IMG/VR virus record: IMGVR_UViG_3300032304_002452
Location: 1 to 56,865 of that record
From: a virus
Lineage: Duplodnaviria > Caudoviricetes
Length of the DNA: 56,865 bases
Direction: 5' to 3' (one strand)
Position numbers and translations under genes: made by a program. Below the pieces are notes generated by a model. That model made no database searches, was not told where the DNA came from, and saw only the letters and a program-made list of their open reading frames with translations. Positions 45,266 through 55,626 of the stretch are shown here, one piece after another (the stretch's first letter is position 1; the number at the start of each line of letters is the position of its first letter).

Positions 45266-48184
45266 ATGAGAAAGATTTTAACAAGAGATCAATATTTAGA
45301 TACTTTAAGAACACAGAACTATTCAAAGTTCACCGGCATTCCAAAGTCAAATGAGGCTTTTGCAAATGATGTTAATTGGGGAGACTCTTGGGTCGGTAGA
45401 TTGATAAACTCTATAAAAAGGAAGGCTAAAGTTGCCATAAATTTGAGAAGAGTTGATTCTCTTGCAAAAAGACTAAGATCATTATTCGATGAGTTACTTG
45501 AAATAGGTAAAATAGTTGTGGATTCATCTACAATATCCTTTTTAACAACATTGACATATTTTGATGAATTAGCTGATAAGATTAATAACAAAGAGGATGT
45601 ACAAGTTATAATAAGTCATATTGATATTATGATTTCTCAAATAAAGTCATATAATCTAGTTGATGGTGAAAAACTTATCGATAAATTAAATGAATTTAAG
45701 GACTTTTTGAAAGGATTAGAATCTGAGAAAGAAAGTAAAGAAAATGTTGAGTCTGAGGAAAAGTTAGTGTCAAATGTTGACGATTATTTTAAGAATTTGG
45801 AATTATTAAAAGAGGTTTTAAAGTTGGTTCAAGGTCCTTCTTCTCCAGCACCAGTTACACCATCTTCTGAAACTGGTGGTGAAGTTGGGAAGGGTGCAGG
45901 ATTCAAAGAAGATGAGCTTAAAAATCCAAATATGGTAGTTTATAAAAACAAGGAGGGTCAAATTAAACCCAATATCATTTCAAAAGACCAATCCAAAATA
46001 GTTAGTGGTAATATAAGCTTGGAAACTCCAAAATTTGAGAATAATTGGGCAGGTTTAAAAAAGAATATTTTGAATGTTGTTCCTCCTGTTAAAATGGGTT
46101 CAAAAATTTCATTTATCAAAAATGGTCAGAAAATTATTGGTACAATAGTATCTATAAGTGATAAAAATGATACTATCAAGGTAAAAAGTGAAGATGGAAA
46201 GGAACACTCATTTGTAATGAGAAATACCGATTTCAAAAAAGTTGAATCTTTTATTTTTGAAGATACTACTCCAAATCCTGACGATAAGTCTAAAAAAGTT
46301 TTAGAAAAATTAAAAGGAGCTGCTAATATTCTAACTTCATCTAAAGATAAAGGTTTGGCTATTGATATTAAATGGATAGATCAGATTTTATCACTTAGAA
46401 ATGATGAGAAAGTTCAAGAGTTAGCTACAGGATTGTACAAAACTATTTATGCTTATCTATTAGGTGATAAAAAACAAACTTTAAATCCAAATACTAGTGG
46501 ATTGATGGAAGGTTTTGTCGATGATTATAAGTTAGATACAAAATATGGTTATGGTGTTGGTAAAACACAAATTGCTGCTGAAAAGATGGCACGATTTTAC
46601 TATTTTTGTTTGAAATTCACAAGTGATAAACCTCTTGAATTGTCTAACGGTGATATTGGTGCCTATAAATTGATTGGAAATATAGGTTCTAAATTGAAAG
46701 AATTAAATGATTCTACAACTGAAATTCTTAAAAAGGAATTCAATGAAAAAGAAGAAAAGAAAGAAGTTGAATTCAAAGTAGGAGATGTTGTTAAATATAA
46801 ACGAGATAATGGAGAAGAAGCTGAGAATGAGATAATAAAAGTTGAAGGAGATAAGATATTCTTCAAGGATAAGGAGGGTAAAGAATTCTCTAAGACGTTT
46901 GGTGAAATAATTTCTAAAGTAGATAAGAAAAATGAATCAGTTATAAGAAAATATAATCAATTCAAAAAGATTTTCGAAGCAACAGAAGGTGTTGATTATG
47001 ATTCTATCTCAGATAAATTTAATGAAGTTTTTGATGATGATACTAAAGAAACTTTTAAAATTACAGAAGAAACCAAAGAAAGGTTGGAGAAAATTGTAAC
47101 CGCAGGAGATTCTATTGTCATAACTAATTCAGATCCTATTATGGAGATAGTAAGATTATTTAATAGAGCTTGGAGATTACACACTCCTGGTAGAATTCCT
47201 TCTGGTAGAGGTGGTGGTAAAGTATCTATGTCAGTCTTTCAAGAGTATGAAAATCTTGGAGATGGTGGTGGTAGTCCAGATGATCCTGGTAATGGTCCTT
47301 ATAGAAATATTGAATTATATGAAAAGTGGCAAGAAGCTGTTCTAAGTATATTAGGTGATACAAAATATAGAACTACTATATTTAGTGATGATGCAAAATT
47401 TGTATTTGTTAGTGGAGAGGAGCTAAAACAAGCAGTTTCATTGACTTCTATTACAAAGGGTGAAAATAAAGTAGATGTTGCTAAGTCAAAACCTTTAGGT
47501 AAAATTTTATTAAGGTTTATTAATAATCTTCTAGCTGATACTCAGATGTACAAAAAAGGTGGAGCGATGCCTAAGTTTATGGAAGAGTATTTCGGAATAA
47601 AAGGAGAAGATGTTGATAATTTGAGTTATGGTGGATTCCAGGATGTTAAAAATAACATTAAAACAAGTGAAGGTATAGTTACTCCTAAGGTTAAATTTGA
47701 GAGTTTCTCTGTTTCTGGCGGTGCTGGTGATTTGAAAACTTCATTAAAGGAAGGTGCTTTAAGTTCTGGAGATATTTTCAGATTGCAATTTAAAGAAAAG
47801 GCTACTAAGTATTTTAGGATAGTTAGTGATGATCAGAATAATAATTGTTTTGTTGAAGTTTTCAATAGTTTTCCATTAGAAAGAGTTCAGATATCAGGAA
47901 TTCGACTTCAGATGCCGACTGATGTTAGAATCGCATCAATTAATGTTAGAAAACCAGTCAGGATAAATGATGTGCTTAATTTGAAACAATGTAAGTTTAA
48001 TGTAATAAAGGACAAATTTGTTACTGGTTTTGAAGTCTTGAGTGTTGAAATTAAAAAATTTGAGATTCTGAAAACAGAAGAAGGTGATTCTTTTTCGGAG
48101 ACTGATAAATATTTATCGCCTATAATTTTGAAGAAAATCAGAGAATCTGATTTGAAAAAATTAAAAAATGAAGTCAAACATTAG
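45266..48184 (+). CDS. Large putative virion/internal protein with internal tag-like motifs and SH3/KOW-like modules
   Basis: 972 aa; VESFIFE, NESVIRKYNQFKKIFEA; FKVGDVVKY. Confidence 0.65.
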   Translation: MRKILTRDQYLDTLRTQNYSKFTGIPKSNEAFANDVNWGDSWVGRLINSIKRKAKVAINLRRVDSLAKRLRSLFDELLEIGKIVVDSSTISFLTTLTYFDELADKINNKEDVQVIISHIDIMISQIKSYNLVDGEKLIDKLNEFKDFLKGLESEKESKENVESEEKLVSNVDDYFKNLELLKEVLKLVQGPSSPAPVTPSSETGGEVGKGAGFKEDELKNPNMVVYKNKEGQIKPNIISKDQSKIVSGNISLETPKFENNWAGLKKNILNVVPPVKMGSKISFIKNGQKIIGTIVSISDKNDTIKVKSEDGKEHSFVMRNTDFKKVESFIFEDTTPNPDDKSKKVLEKLKGAANILTSSKDKGLAIDIKWIDQILSLRNDEKVQELATGLYKTIYAYLLGDKKQTLNPNTSGLMEGFVDDYKLDTKYGYGVGKTQIAAEKMARFYYFCLKFTSDKPLELSNGDIGAYKLIGNIGSKLKELNDSTTEILKKEFNEKEEKKEVEFKVGDVVKYKRDNGEEAENEIIKVEGDKIFFKDKEGKEFSKTFGEIISKVDKKNESVIRKYNQFKKIFEATEGVDYDSISDKFNEVFDDDTKETFKITEETKERLEKIVTAGDSIVITNSDPIMEIVRLFNRAWRLHTPGRIPSGRGGGKVSMSVFQEYENLGDGGGSPDDPGNGPYRNIELYEKWQEAVLSILGDTKYRTTIFSDDAKFVFVSGEELKQAVSLTSITKGENKVDVAKSKPLGKILLRFINNLLADTQMYKKGGAMPKFMEEYFGIKGEDVDNLSYGGFQDVKNNIKTSEGIVTPKVKFESFSVSGGAGDLKTSLKEGALSSGDIFRLQFKEKATKYFRIVSDDQNNNCFVEVFNSFPLERVQISGIRLQMPTDVRIASINVRKPVRINDVLNLKQCKFNVIKDKFVTGFEVLSVEIKKFEILKTEEGDSFSETDKYLSPIILKKIRESDLKKLKNEVKH

Positions 48185-48799
48185 ATGAGAATAGATAGAT
48201 TTAGTGATTTTAAGGTTAATGAAATATTTGGTATAGGAAAGCCTCTACAATACGATGGTATTGCTAAAGAGAACTTTAAAAAACTTCTAGATAATTTGGA
48301 AGATGTTAAGGTGAACAAATACGCTGATTATAAAAGAGAAGTTTTAATTAACTTGAAAAGTGAAAAATCCAAAGAAACTAATGATAAGGTTCAGGAAGGA
48401 CAAGTCGTTGGTCTAAAGAAAAAAAATACTTCAGTGTCATATAAGCCTCAGACTTCTATTCATGATGCAATTAAGAGTCCAGATTACTCAAATGTTACTA
48501 AAATTGAAATAATGAAAAATTATTCTAAACATAGAATGAGTAGTAAGATATTTGGTGTTGGTAAAGAGGATACTTATAGTTTATCTATAAATGGTAAACA
48601 TTTTATATCTGATGTTCGTGGGGAGGAGGGTAAAGTTTTAGTATCCAATAAAATATCCAAAGCTTTTTGGGAATTGTTATCCGAGTTATCAGTAATACAA
48701 GAAGATTTTAGAAAGAAATTGATAAAAGAAGATGTTTATAAGAAAAAATTATCCGATTTGAAAAATAAATATACCAATTGGTTTAATAAACTAAAATAA
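48185..48799 (+). CDS. Basic protein with MRIDRFSDFKVNE tag
   Basis: 204 aa abutting the upstream stop. Confidence 0.65.
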   Translation: MRIDRFSDFKVNEIFGIGKPLQYDGIAKENFKKLLDNLEDVKVNKYADYKREVLINLKSEKSKETNDKVQEGQVVGLKKKNTSVSYKPQTSIHDAIKSPDYSNVTKIEIMKNYSKHRMSSKIFGVGKEDTYSLSINGKHFISDVRGEEGKVLVSNKISKAFWELLSELSVIQEDFRKKLIKEDVYKKKLSDLKNKYTNWFNKLK

Positions 48800-48831
48800 C
48801 TAAAAACCCCCAAATCTGGGGGTTTTTAGTT
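48798..48831 (+). terminator. Intrinsic terminator
   Basis: aactaaaaaccccca-aatc-tgggggtttttagtt. Confidence 0.8.
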
Positions 48832-48854
48832 ATATTAAATCAATATATAGAATT

Positions 48855-49460
48855 ATGAAATTTCTTAAAGGTTTTAAACTATTCCTAGAGGCAGATGATG
48901 TAGAGATTCAAGAAACACCAGGATCAGATGAGTTAGTCAAAGATAATGAAAAGACTAATAAAGAATCACTTGATATGATTCAAAAGGATATTGCTTATTA
49001 TAGATCGAAGAAAGATGTTATGCAAAAAATATTTGATGATTCCCAAAGACAAGATTCGGAAGTAAATATTGATTTACAAAAAAATGTTTATGCTAATGAA
49101 AAAGATGTTAAAAAAAGAAATCGATATCTCAAAGAACTTGAAAGTGTTTATACTTTAAAAAGAACAGCTGATAGATTATCAACTCAGATTGAAACTGATA
49201 AAAAAAGAGTAGATGAATTAACGAAACAAATGAATGATTTAAAAGATAGATTTAATCAATTAGATGACTCATCTCAAAAGGTTAAGGTTTCGGAAAGAAT
49301 TGAAAAGAGTCGTGATTATTTAAAGACTTTAAATCAAACAATACTCTTCAACAATTCAGAATATGCTAAGATTGATAAAAATTACAAAACTAAGAAGACT
49401 AATTTCGAAGCGATGATGAAAGTAGAAGAGCAGAAAATTAAAAATCTTAGTCAAAAATAG
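48855..49460 (+). CDS. Coiled-coil protein with MKFLKGFKLFLEA tag
   Basis: 201 aa ORF. Confidence 0.65.
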   Translation: MKFLKGFKLFLEADDVEIQETPGSDELVKDNEKTNKESLDMIQKDIAYYRSKKDVMQKIFDDSQRQDSEVNIDLQKNVYANEKDVKKRNRYLKELESVYTLKRTADRLSTQIETDKKRVDELTKQMNDLKDRFNQLDDSSQKVKVSERIEKSRDYLKTLNQTILFNNSEYAKIDKNYKTKKTNFEAMMKVEEQKIKNLSQK

Positions 49461-49517
49461 AAAAATATGGTTTTTTCTATTTTATATATAACATAAATAA
49501 AAAATAAATTTAAAAAT

Positions 49518-52500
49518 ATGGCAATCCAAATCGGTAAATACAAAAGACCAGGAATCTTCATCGAAGAATTTGATAATTCAGTTATTTCAAGTCCGATTGT
49601 AGAGGGTATAACAAACACCATCATTGGAGTTTCCAAGAAAGGACCAGTTAACACACCTATTTTGTTAAAGACAATAGGTGAATTGGAAAATATATTTGGA
49701 CCTCTTGATAGACAATTGGAAAGAAAGGGTTCTTTCTTTCATAGAACAATTTCTAAGATGTTGGAAACCTCTCCAATTTTTGCAATCAACTTGTTGCTAA
49801 CTGATGATGCGCTTGATAGAATTGAGTATCAATCTCTTTCTGCTCAAACAACTGCTCAAAATGATATTGAAAGATTAGCTCCATATAGAAGATTTTTTGA
49901 TACTACTGGTTTCTGGAAAAGAGATACAGAATCATTCATCAATATAACTAAAGCTGATCTTGATTATGAAAAAAGAGTTTTAAATTTTACAAACTTATCT
50001 GATAAGTATGTAACAATCTTTGTTTTCAAATCAAAGAAAGTTGGTTTTGATAGACCGCTTCTTGAGTGGTATGGTAGTATTGAAAAATTACCTCCTTATG
50101 TTAATCCTACCGATTTAGCATCTGACTATCTAGTGGATGTTGTTGTGATTGCTGGTGATTATTCTGATTATAGAAGTTTATCAGTTGATCCAAGATTTTC
50201 TTCATATTTCTCACCAACTGGTTTGAGAAAGGATCAAGTGATTCCATTTACAAATGATAGAAACATAACAACATTGGCTTATGCTGATGGATTGTCCCTA
50301 ATACCTTATTTTAGAGATTTAAACGGTCAAAATATTTTTATTGAAACTGTAATTAATAGAGGAACAGACCAACATGGTGTTTTCTGTTCATTCAATGCTG
50401 ATCTTTTTGAAACTGATTACCCAACAGGTTTAGTTGACCTTATTGGTAATAACTTAGTTGGTGATGACTTACTATCAAATCCACCAACATCTAACTTCAC
50501 TAACTTGACAGAATTGGATGGTAATGATGGATCTGGTGATGGTGAGGTAAAAATCAAATTCCTTTCTTATGATGAAACAATCACTGAAAGTAATCCATTC
50601 GTTCAGACCGTTCTTGATAGACCAGGAAATGTTATGACATTATTTGGAACTCAGTCTAAACCAAGTGCTGCAGGAGATCATTCATATTTGAGTAATGATA
50701 TGTCAGGTATTCAGGGAGGTGTTTTAGAAGGGTATGTTGATGTAAAGGAGAGAACTTATTGGTTTTCTGAGGGGTATGTAAATGACCTTTATTTATCAAA
50801 TACTACCACTAGTGGAGCAACAATTTCTGTGGTATATGATCTTTTATCAAATCCTTTTCCTAATGGATATGCGATTATAAACGGAAATTATGTAGAAATT
50901 AGCAATACTCTATCTGATCCGAATGGTTCTACTAATTTGAATGGTAGAATTCAGTTAAGTTCAAGTTTCTATACTAACTTAACAATATCTGCTACAAAAT
51001 CTTACTACTCAGCGTTTGTAGTGGATACTTCAGGAACTATAAAGTCTTATCAAACTTCAACTCCGAATACTAAGCCACTTGTTGCGACTACTGATATTGT
51101 TTTAGGTTATGCTTCGTTTTCACACTATGCTGGATCTTTTGTAACCTCTTCTGTAACATTTCATAATGTTACAATTGGCACAGCAAGTAATGGTGGAGAT
51201 GATTCTTTCTTACCTTTAGTTGGTGGTGTAGATTATACTTATACTATCACAGGTTCAGCTTCATTTAAAGTTGAGTTCACGGACACAAATCAATCAATTT
51301 CTCCAAGAGATTATGAGAGATATAGAAAGATTAAGTCATTCAATTATCTTTTAGATTACTTGAATGGTTCAACTTCTAATAAAGGAGCTTTACTGTTCGA
51401 TCCGCTACGTAATTTAGATGGATTTAGTCAAAAAATAAGTTTGGCATTAATCGATATAAAAAATATCAGAGATGTGAATACTTTGAATAGATCTTTTGAA
51501 ATTCACGGAGTTATTCCTACAACTAATCCATCCAGTAACGTAGTTGTTGAGGATGATTATATAGATAACTATTTTGTTTCTGGAAATGATGTTGCTTCTT
51601 TAGCAAGTTACGATATTCCTTTAGTAGTTTATAAGTTTGATAATGAGTATATACTTGGTGAAAAGGGTGTCGAAACAAAATCTACAATTGCTGGATTGAC
51701 TCCTGATGGTGCTTCTGCATCTGAATATGGTGTTGTTTCAAGGTACTCAAATTACTATGAGTCTTATGAGCAAGGTTTTATCAATACAACAGATGTTATC
51801 TATCAAAAAACTAACTATACTCCAATAAGAGTTCAGTGGATTAGTGGTGAGTCTGTAACAGCTTCAATTGCTGGATATGACTACGTTGTTTTTGGTGTGG
51901 ATCAAACACAAGCTAATTATTTTGGATTTACTGTAAGTGCATTAATAACAAGAAATGAAGAATTTTTCAGAAATGTATCAGATGATTATCAATTTTTGTT
52001 ATCTGGTAACTTAAATTCAGGAACACTTAAAGTTATAAATGATACTGGTCTAAATCCTCAAGAAAATCCAGCATTTACTTTACCTGTTGGATACTCTTCA
52101 CCTTTAGATGCTGAAGAAAGAGCTAATTTATTAGATACTTTATCTGGTACAGCTTTAGGGTTTATAAATTCTGCAACATTTAGTTTCTTTGCATTCGAAG
52201 TAGAGGAAAATGTAAAAGATGAGATATTGAATAGACTTGAAAATCTTTACGCTTATAATAATAACTTTGCTGATAGACCAATTTATTTAGATATGTTTTT
52301 AGACAATGAGTTGAATTTGAAGGTCAATTTCGAGGATTCGTTGCTACAACAATCAGTTCCATTCGATAGTATCGATACAACAACTCCAGGAAGTCCACTT
52401 TGGGCTAATAACACAACTTGGGTTAAATCTCTGGATTCTAACTACAAACAGTCAATTGAGTTGGAGTTTCCAAGTGGATACGTTACAAGTCCTAACAAAA

Positions 52501-53795
52501 TACTTGTTAGAGGTTCAAGATATACTGAAGTTAAAATTGGTGATTATTTAGAAGCTAATTATGCAACAGCTTCTTTGGAACCAGATCAAATGCCTAAGAA
52601 ACTCACTAGAATTCTTTCTAAGAGGACATGGACGGGTGATACTACTTTGGTTGAAATTACTTGTGATGCTGAAATCAAGATTTCTGATTTTGGTTCTGGT
52701 GATAAACAAACATTTAGATATACATCAATTGATGATTATGTATCTACTTACAAAGCAATTAGTCTTAAAGGATTCAGAGTTAGACAAGATTCTTTGCCTG
52801 ATGGTACAGAGGCTAAACAACAAGCAATTCTTAATTTAGTTGCGAAAGGTACACCTCTTTTCAATGCTGTAACAAATAAAGAAGCTTTTGATTTCAGATA
52901 CTTAATCGATTCATTCGGTTTAGGTTTAACTGAAAGAAGTAAACAACAATTAGTAGATATTTGTGGTGAAAGACTTGATTGTTTTGGTATCTTAAATATG
53001 CCTTCATTAAGAAGTTTCAAAAACTCTTCATCTCCATCTTTTGTTAATTCAGAGGGTGTATTACAGACTGAGTTTATTGCTAAAGGTGGTGATCCAGAAA
53101 GCAACCCAGCGTTTCTTTACACATTTGGTGATGGTCGTGGTGTATCATCTGTGGGTTACTTTACACCTTACTTAACTGTAAATGATAATGGAAGACCAAT
53201 TGATGTTCCACCTTCAGCTTATGTTGGATTAACTTTTATGAGAAAACATAACTCAACAGTTACAACTATTGTTCCTTGGACAATTGCAGCTGGTGTGACA
53301 AATGGTAGAATTACAAATATCTCTGGTCTTGAAGGAGACTTTACTCCAACAGATATTGAAAACCTTAATCAAGCTCAAATGAACCCAATCGTGTTCAAGA
53401 GAAATAGAGGTTATATCATTGAAACTGAAAATACTGCTCAAACTCTTTATAGATCTGCTCTTTCTTTCATACACGTAAGAGAGGTATTGATTGAACTTGA
53501 GAGAGAATTATCGAGAATGTTGTTAGATTTCCAATGGAAATTCAACACACCTGAAATCAGAGCTGAAATTAAGTTAAGAGCTGATGTAATTTGTGAGAAA
53601 TACGTTTCTAAAAATGGTCTTTTCAACTACTTTAACAAGTGTGACGAAGAGAATAACACATCTGAAATTATCGATAACCAAATCGGTGTTCTTGATACTT
53701 ATGTAGAACCAATTAAGGGTATGGGTATCATTGTGAATAACATCACAATTCTTAGAACTGGAGCAATTCAAGCAGGTGGTTTCATCACATCTTAG
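49518..53795 (+). CDS. Contractile tail sheath protein (T4 gp18-like, enlarged)
   Basis: RPGIFIEEFD, KGPVNTP, PW..AG..G, NPI, IHVRE..IE, FNT, CDEENNT..ID..YVEP. Confidence 0.93.
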   Translation: MAIQIGKYKRPGIFIEEFDNSVISSPIVEGITNTIIGVSKKGPVNTPILLKTIGELENIFGPLDRQLERKGSFFHRTISKMLETSPIFAINLLLTDDALDRIEYQSLSAQTTAQNDIERLAPYRRFFDTTGFWKRDTESFINITKADLDYEKRVLNFTNLSDKYVTIFVFKSKKVGFDRPLLEWYGSIEKLPPYVNPTDLASDYLVDVVVIAGDYSDYRSLSVDPRFSSYFSPTGLRKDQVIPFTNDRNITTLAYADGLSLIPYFRDLNGQNIFIETVINRGTDQHGVFCSFNADLFETDYPTGLVDLIGNNLVGDDLLSNPPTSNFTNLTELDGNDGSGDGEVKIKFLSYDETITESNPFVQTVLDRPGNVMTLFGTQSKPSAAGDHSYLSNDMSGIQGGVLEGYVDVKERTYWFSEGYVNDLYLSNTTTSGATISVVYDLLSNPFPNGYAIINGNYVEISNTLSDPNGSTNLNGRIQLSSSFYTNLTISATKSYYSAFVVDTSGTIKSYQTSTPNTKPLVATTDIVLGYASFSHYAGSFVTSSVTFHNVTIGTASNGGDDSFLPLVGGVDYTYTITGSASFKVEFTDTNQSISPRDYERYRKIKSFNYLLDYLNGSTSNKGALLFDPLRNLDGFSQKISLALIDIKNIRDVNTLNRSFEIHGVIPTTNPSSNVVVEDDYIDNYFVSGNDVASLASYDIPLVVYKFDNEYILGEKGVETKSTIAGLTPDGASASEYGVVSRYSNYYESYEQGFINTTDVIYQKTNYTPIRVQWISGESVTASIAGYDYVVFGVDQTQANYFGFTVSALITRNEEFFRNVSDDYQFLLSGNLNSGTLKVINDTGLNPQENPAFTLPVGYSSPLDAEERANLLDTLSGTALGFINSATFSFFAFEVEENVKDEILNRLENLYAYNNNFADRPIYLDMFLDNELNLKVNFEDSLLQQSVPFDSIDTTTPGSPLWANNTTWVKSLDSNYKQSIELEFPSGYVTSPNKILVRGSRYTEVKIGDYLEANYATASLEPDQMPKKLTRILSKRTWTGDTTLVEITCDAEIKISDFGSGDKQTFRYTSIDDYVSTYKAISLKGFRVRQDSLPDGTEAKQQAILNLVAKGTPLFNAVTNKEAFDFRYLIDSFGLGLTERSKQQLVDICGERLDCFGILNMPSLRSFKNSSSPSFVNSEGVLQTEFIAKGGDPESNPAFLYTFGDGRGVSSVGYFTPYLTVNDNGRPIDVPPSAYVGLTFMRKHNSTVTTIVPWTIAAGVTNGRITNISGLEGDFTPTDIENLNQAQMNPIVFKRNRGYIIETENTAQTLYRSALSFIHVREVLIELERELSRMLLDFQWKFNTPEIRAEIKLRADVICEKYVSKNGLFNYFNKCDEENNTSEIIDNQIGVLDTYVEPIKGMGIIVNNITILRTGAIQAGGFITS

Positions 53796-53810
53796 TAGAG
53801 TTTATACAGA

Positions 53811-53846
53811 AATAAAAAAGAGGGATTCATTCCCTCTTTTTTATTA
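53811..53846 (+). terminator. Intrinsic terminator
   Basis: aataaaaaagaggga-ttcat-tccctcttttttatt. Confidence 0.85.
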
Positions 53847-53889
53847 AACAGATATAGGTATATTTAATATATATGTAAAAAGGTATGTA

Positions 53890-55602
53890 ATGAATCTACA
53901 AATATTTAAAAATCCAGATCCTTCTGGTAGGATGTGTAAAGAATCGTTTTTAGTAAAAAATCATATGGAAGAATATCAATATATTATAGATTATTGCATT
54001 TCAAACAATATATTAGATATTTCTCTGAAGGAAAAGGTTTATTTGTGTTTAAATGATATGAAATGTATTCCGACATGTAAAAATTTAAATTGTAATAATC
54101 AAGTTAAATTTAAAAATTCAACTTTAGGTTATTATAATTATTGTTCTAATAGGTGTGTTGGCATTGATCCTAATGTTATTAAATTAAAGGAACAAAAGTC
54201 ATTAGAGAAGTTTGGAACAAAAACACCTGCTCAATCTAAAGAAGTTAAGGATAAATCTATGAAAACCAATCAGGAAAGATATGGTCATAATTCGGCTATG
54301 TGTCTTTTAGAAACTCAAGATAAATCCAAGAAAACATTATTAAAAAACTATGGAGTTGATAATCCAGGTAAGTCTCTTGAGATAGTTCAGAGGAGGGTTG
54401 AATCTTTTAAATTAAGCGATTATAAAGAATCATATAGAAAAACATCACTAAAGAAGTATGGAGTTGATCATCCTTGGTCTAATAAAGATATTCACTCTAA
54501 GACAATTGACTTTTTTTATGCTTCTTATAAAAGCAGAGTAGAAAGTAAGATAGATATCACAAGGTTTAAATTTAGAGGGTTTCAAAGGAGAATATCAACA
54601 AGTTTATTGTTTCATTGTAGCGAATGTGATAGACAATTTGATATATTAACATATCAATTTTATTATAGGATGAATAGTGGAGTTAATATATGTACAAACT
54701 GTTTTCCGATATCTGAAAATGCTTCAATCTCCCAGATTGAAGTATATAACTTTATTAAAAGAAATTATAATGGTGAGGTTATATTAGACTGTAAAAATAT
54801 AATTAATCCATATGAGATAGATATTTATCTACCAGATTTAGAATTGGGATTTGAGTTTAATGGAGTTTGGTGGCATTCTGAGAAATTTAAGGGTGAAAAC
54901 TATCATTTAAAAAAGTATGAGATATCAAATCTAAATGGTGTGCATTTGATAACAATATGGGAAGATGATTGGGTAACAAATAGAGAAATATGTGAGTCTT
55001 TTATTCTAAACAAATTAGGTAAAACTCAGAATCGAATATATGCTAGAAAGTGTGAAATAAAAGAAATATCATATAACGATTCAAAGGGTTTTTTGGATAG
55101 TAATCATCTACAAGGAGATTGTAAATCATCTATAAGAATTGGATTATTTAACAATGAAGAATTGGTTAGTTTAATGACATTTTCTAAACTACGTTTGCCA
55201 TTACAAAGACAGGAGAGGAATAGGAAAAAAGAAAGTCATTATGAATTAACTAGGTTTTGTAATAAAATAAATTCAAATGTGATTGGTGGTGCATCAAAAT
55301 TAATGAGATATTTTACTAAAAAGTATTTACCTATTCAAATAGAGACATATTCGGATAATTTAATTTCAAATGGTGGTCTATATGAGGTATTAGGATTTAA
55401 ATACTCACATACCTCCAAACCTGGATATTGGTATGTAATTGATGGTATCAGAAGTCATAGATTTAATTGGAGGAAACAAAAACTTATAGAAATGGGTTAT
55501 AATATAGATAAAACAGAAGAGGAAATTATGTCTGAGTTGGGATATTATAGAATTTACAACGCTGGTAATAAAAAATGGATTTTAAATTTTGAAAATTCAT
55601 AA
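53890..55602 (+). CDS. Free-standing homing endonuclease (Hef-like, KYGV repeats, Vsr-like core)
   Basis: YCSNRC, repeated KYGVD, EIDIY..FEFNGVWWHS..IWEDDW, YARKC, ELTRFC..GGASKL. Confidence 0.78.
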   Translation: MNLQIFKNPDPSGRMCKESFLVKNHMEEYQYIIDYCISNNILDISLKEKVYLCLNDMKCIPTCKNLNCNNQVKFKNSTLGYYNYCSNRCVGIDPNVIKLKEQKSLEKFGTKTPAQSKEVKDKSMKTNQERYGHNSAMCLLETQDKSKKTLLKNYGVDNPGKSLEIVQRRVESFKLSDYKESYRKTSLKKYGVDHPWSNKDIHSKTIDFFYASYKSRVESKIDITRFKFRGFQRRISTSLLFHCSECDRQFDILTYQFYYRMNSGVNICTNCFPISENASISQIEVYNFIKRNYNGEVILDCKNIINPYEIDIYLPDLELGFEFNGVWWHSEKFKGENYHLKKYEISNLNGVHLITIWEDDWVTNREICESFILNKLGKTQNRIYARKCEIKEISYNDSKGFLDSNHLQGDCKSSIRIGLFNNEELVSLMTFSKLRLPLQRQERNRKKESHYELTRFCNKINSNVIGGASKLMRYFTKKYLPIQIETYSDNLISNGGLYEVLGFKYSHTSKPGYWYVIDGIRSHRFNWRKQKLIEMGYNIDKTEEEIMSELGYYRIYNAGNKKWILNFENS

Positions 55603-55626
55603 AATAACCTCCATTGGAGGTTATTT
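55602..55626. terminator. Hairpin between convergent genes
   Basis: aaataacctcca-t-tggaggttattt. Confidence 0.6.

Noticed and set aside
854-53771. Short antisense or nested ORFs in the track (e.g. 854, 2416, 3610, 9997, 11332, 15655, 28635, 30645, 39549, 44724, 45319, 52561, 52748)
   Set aside because: They overlap well-supported genes or terminators and show no motifs.
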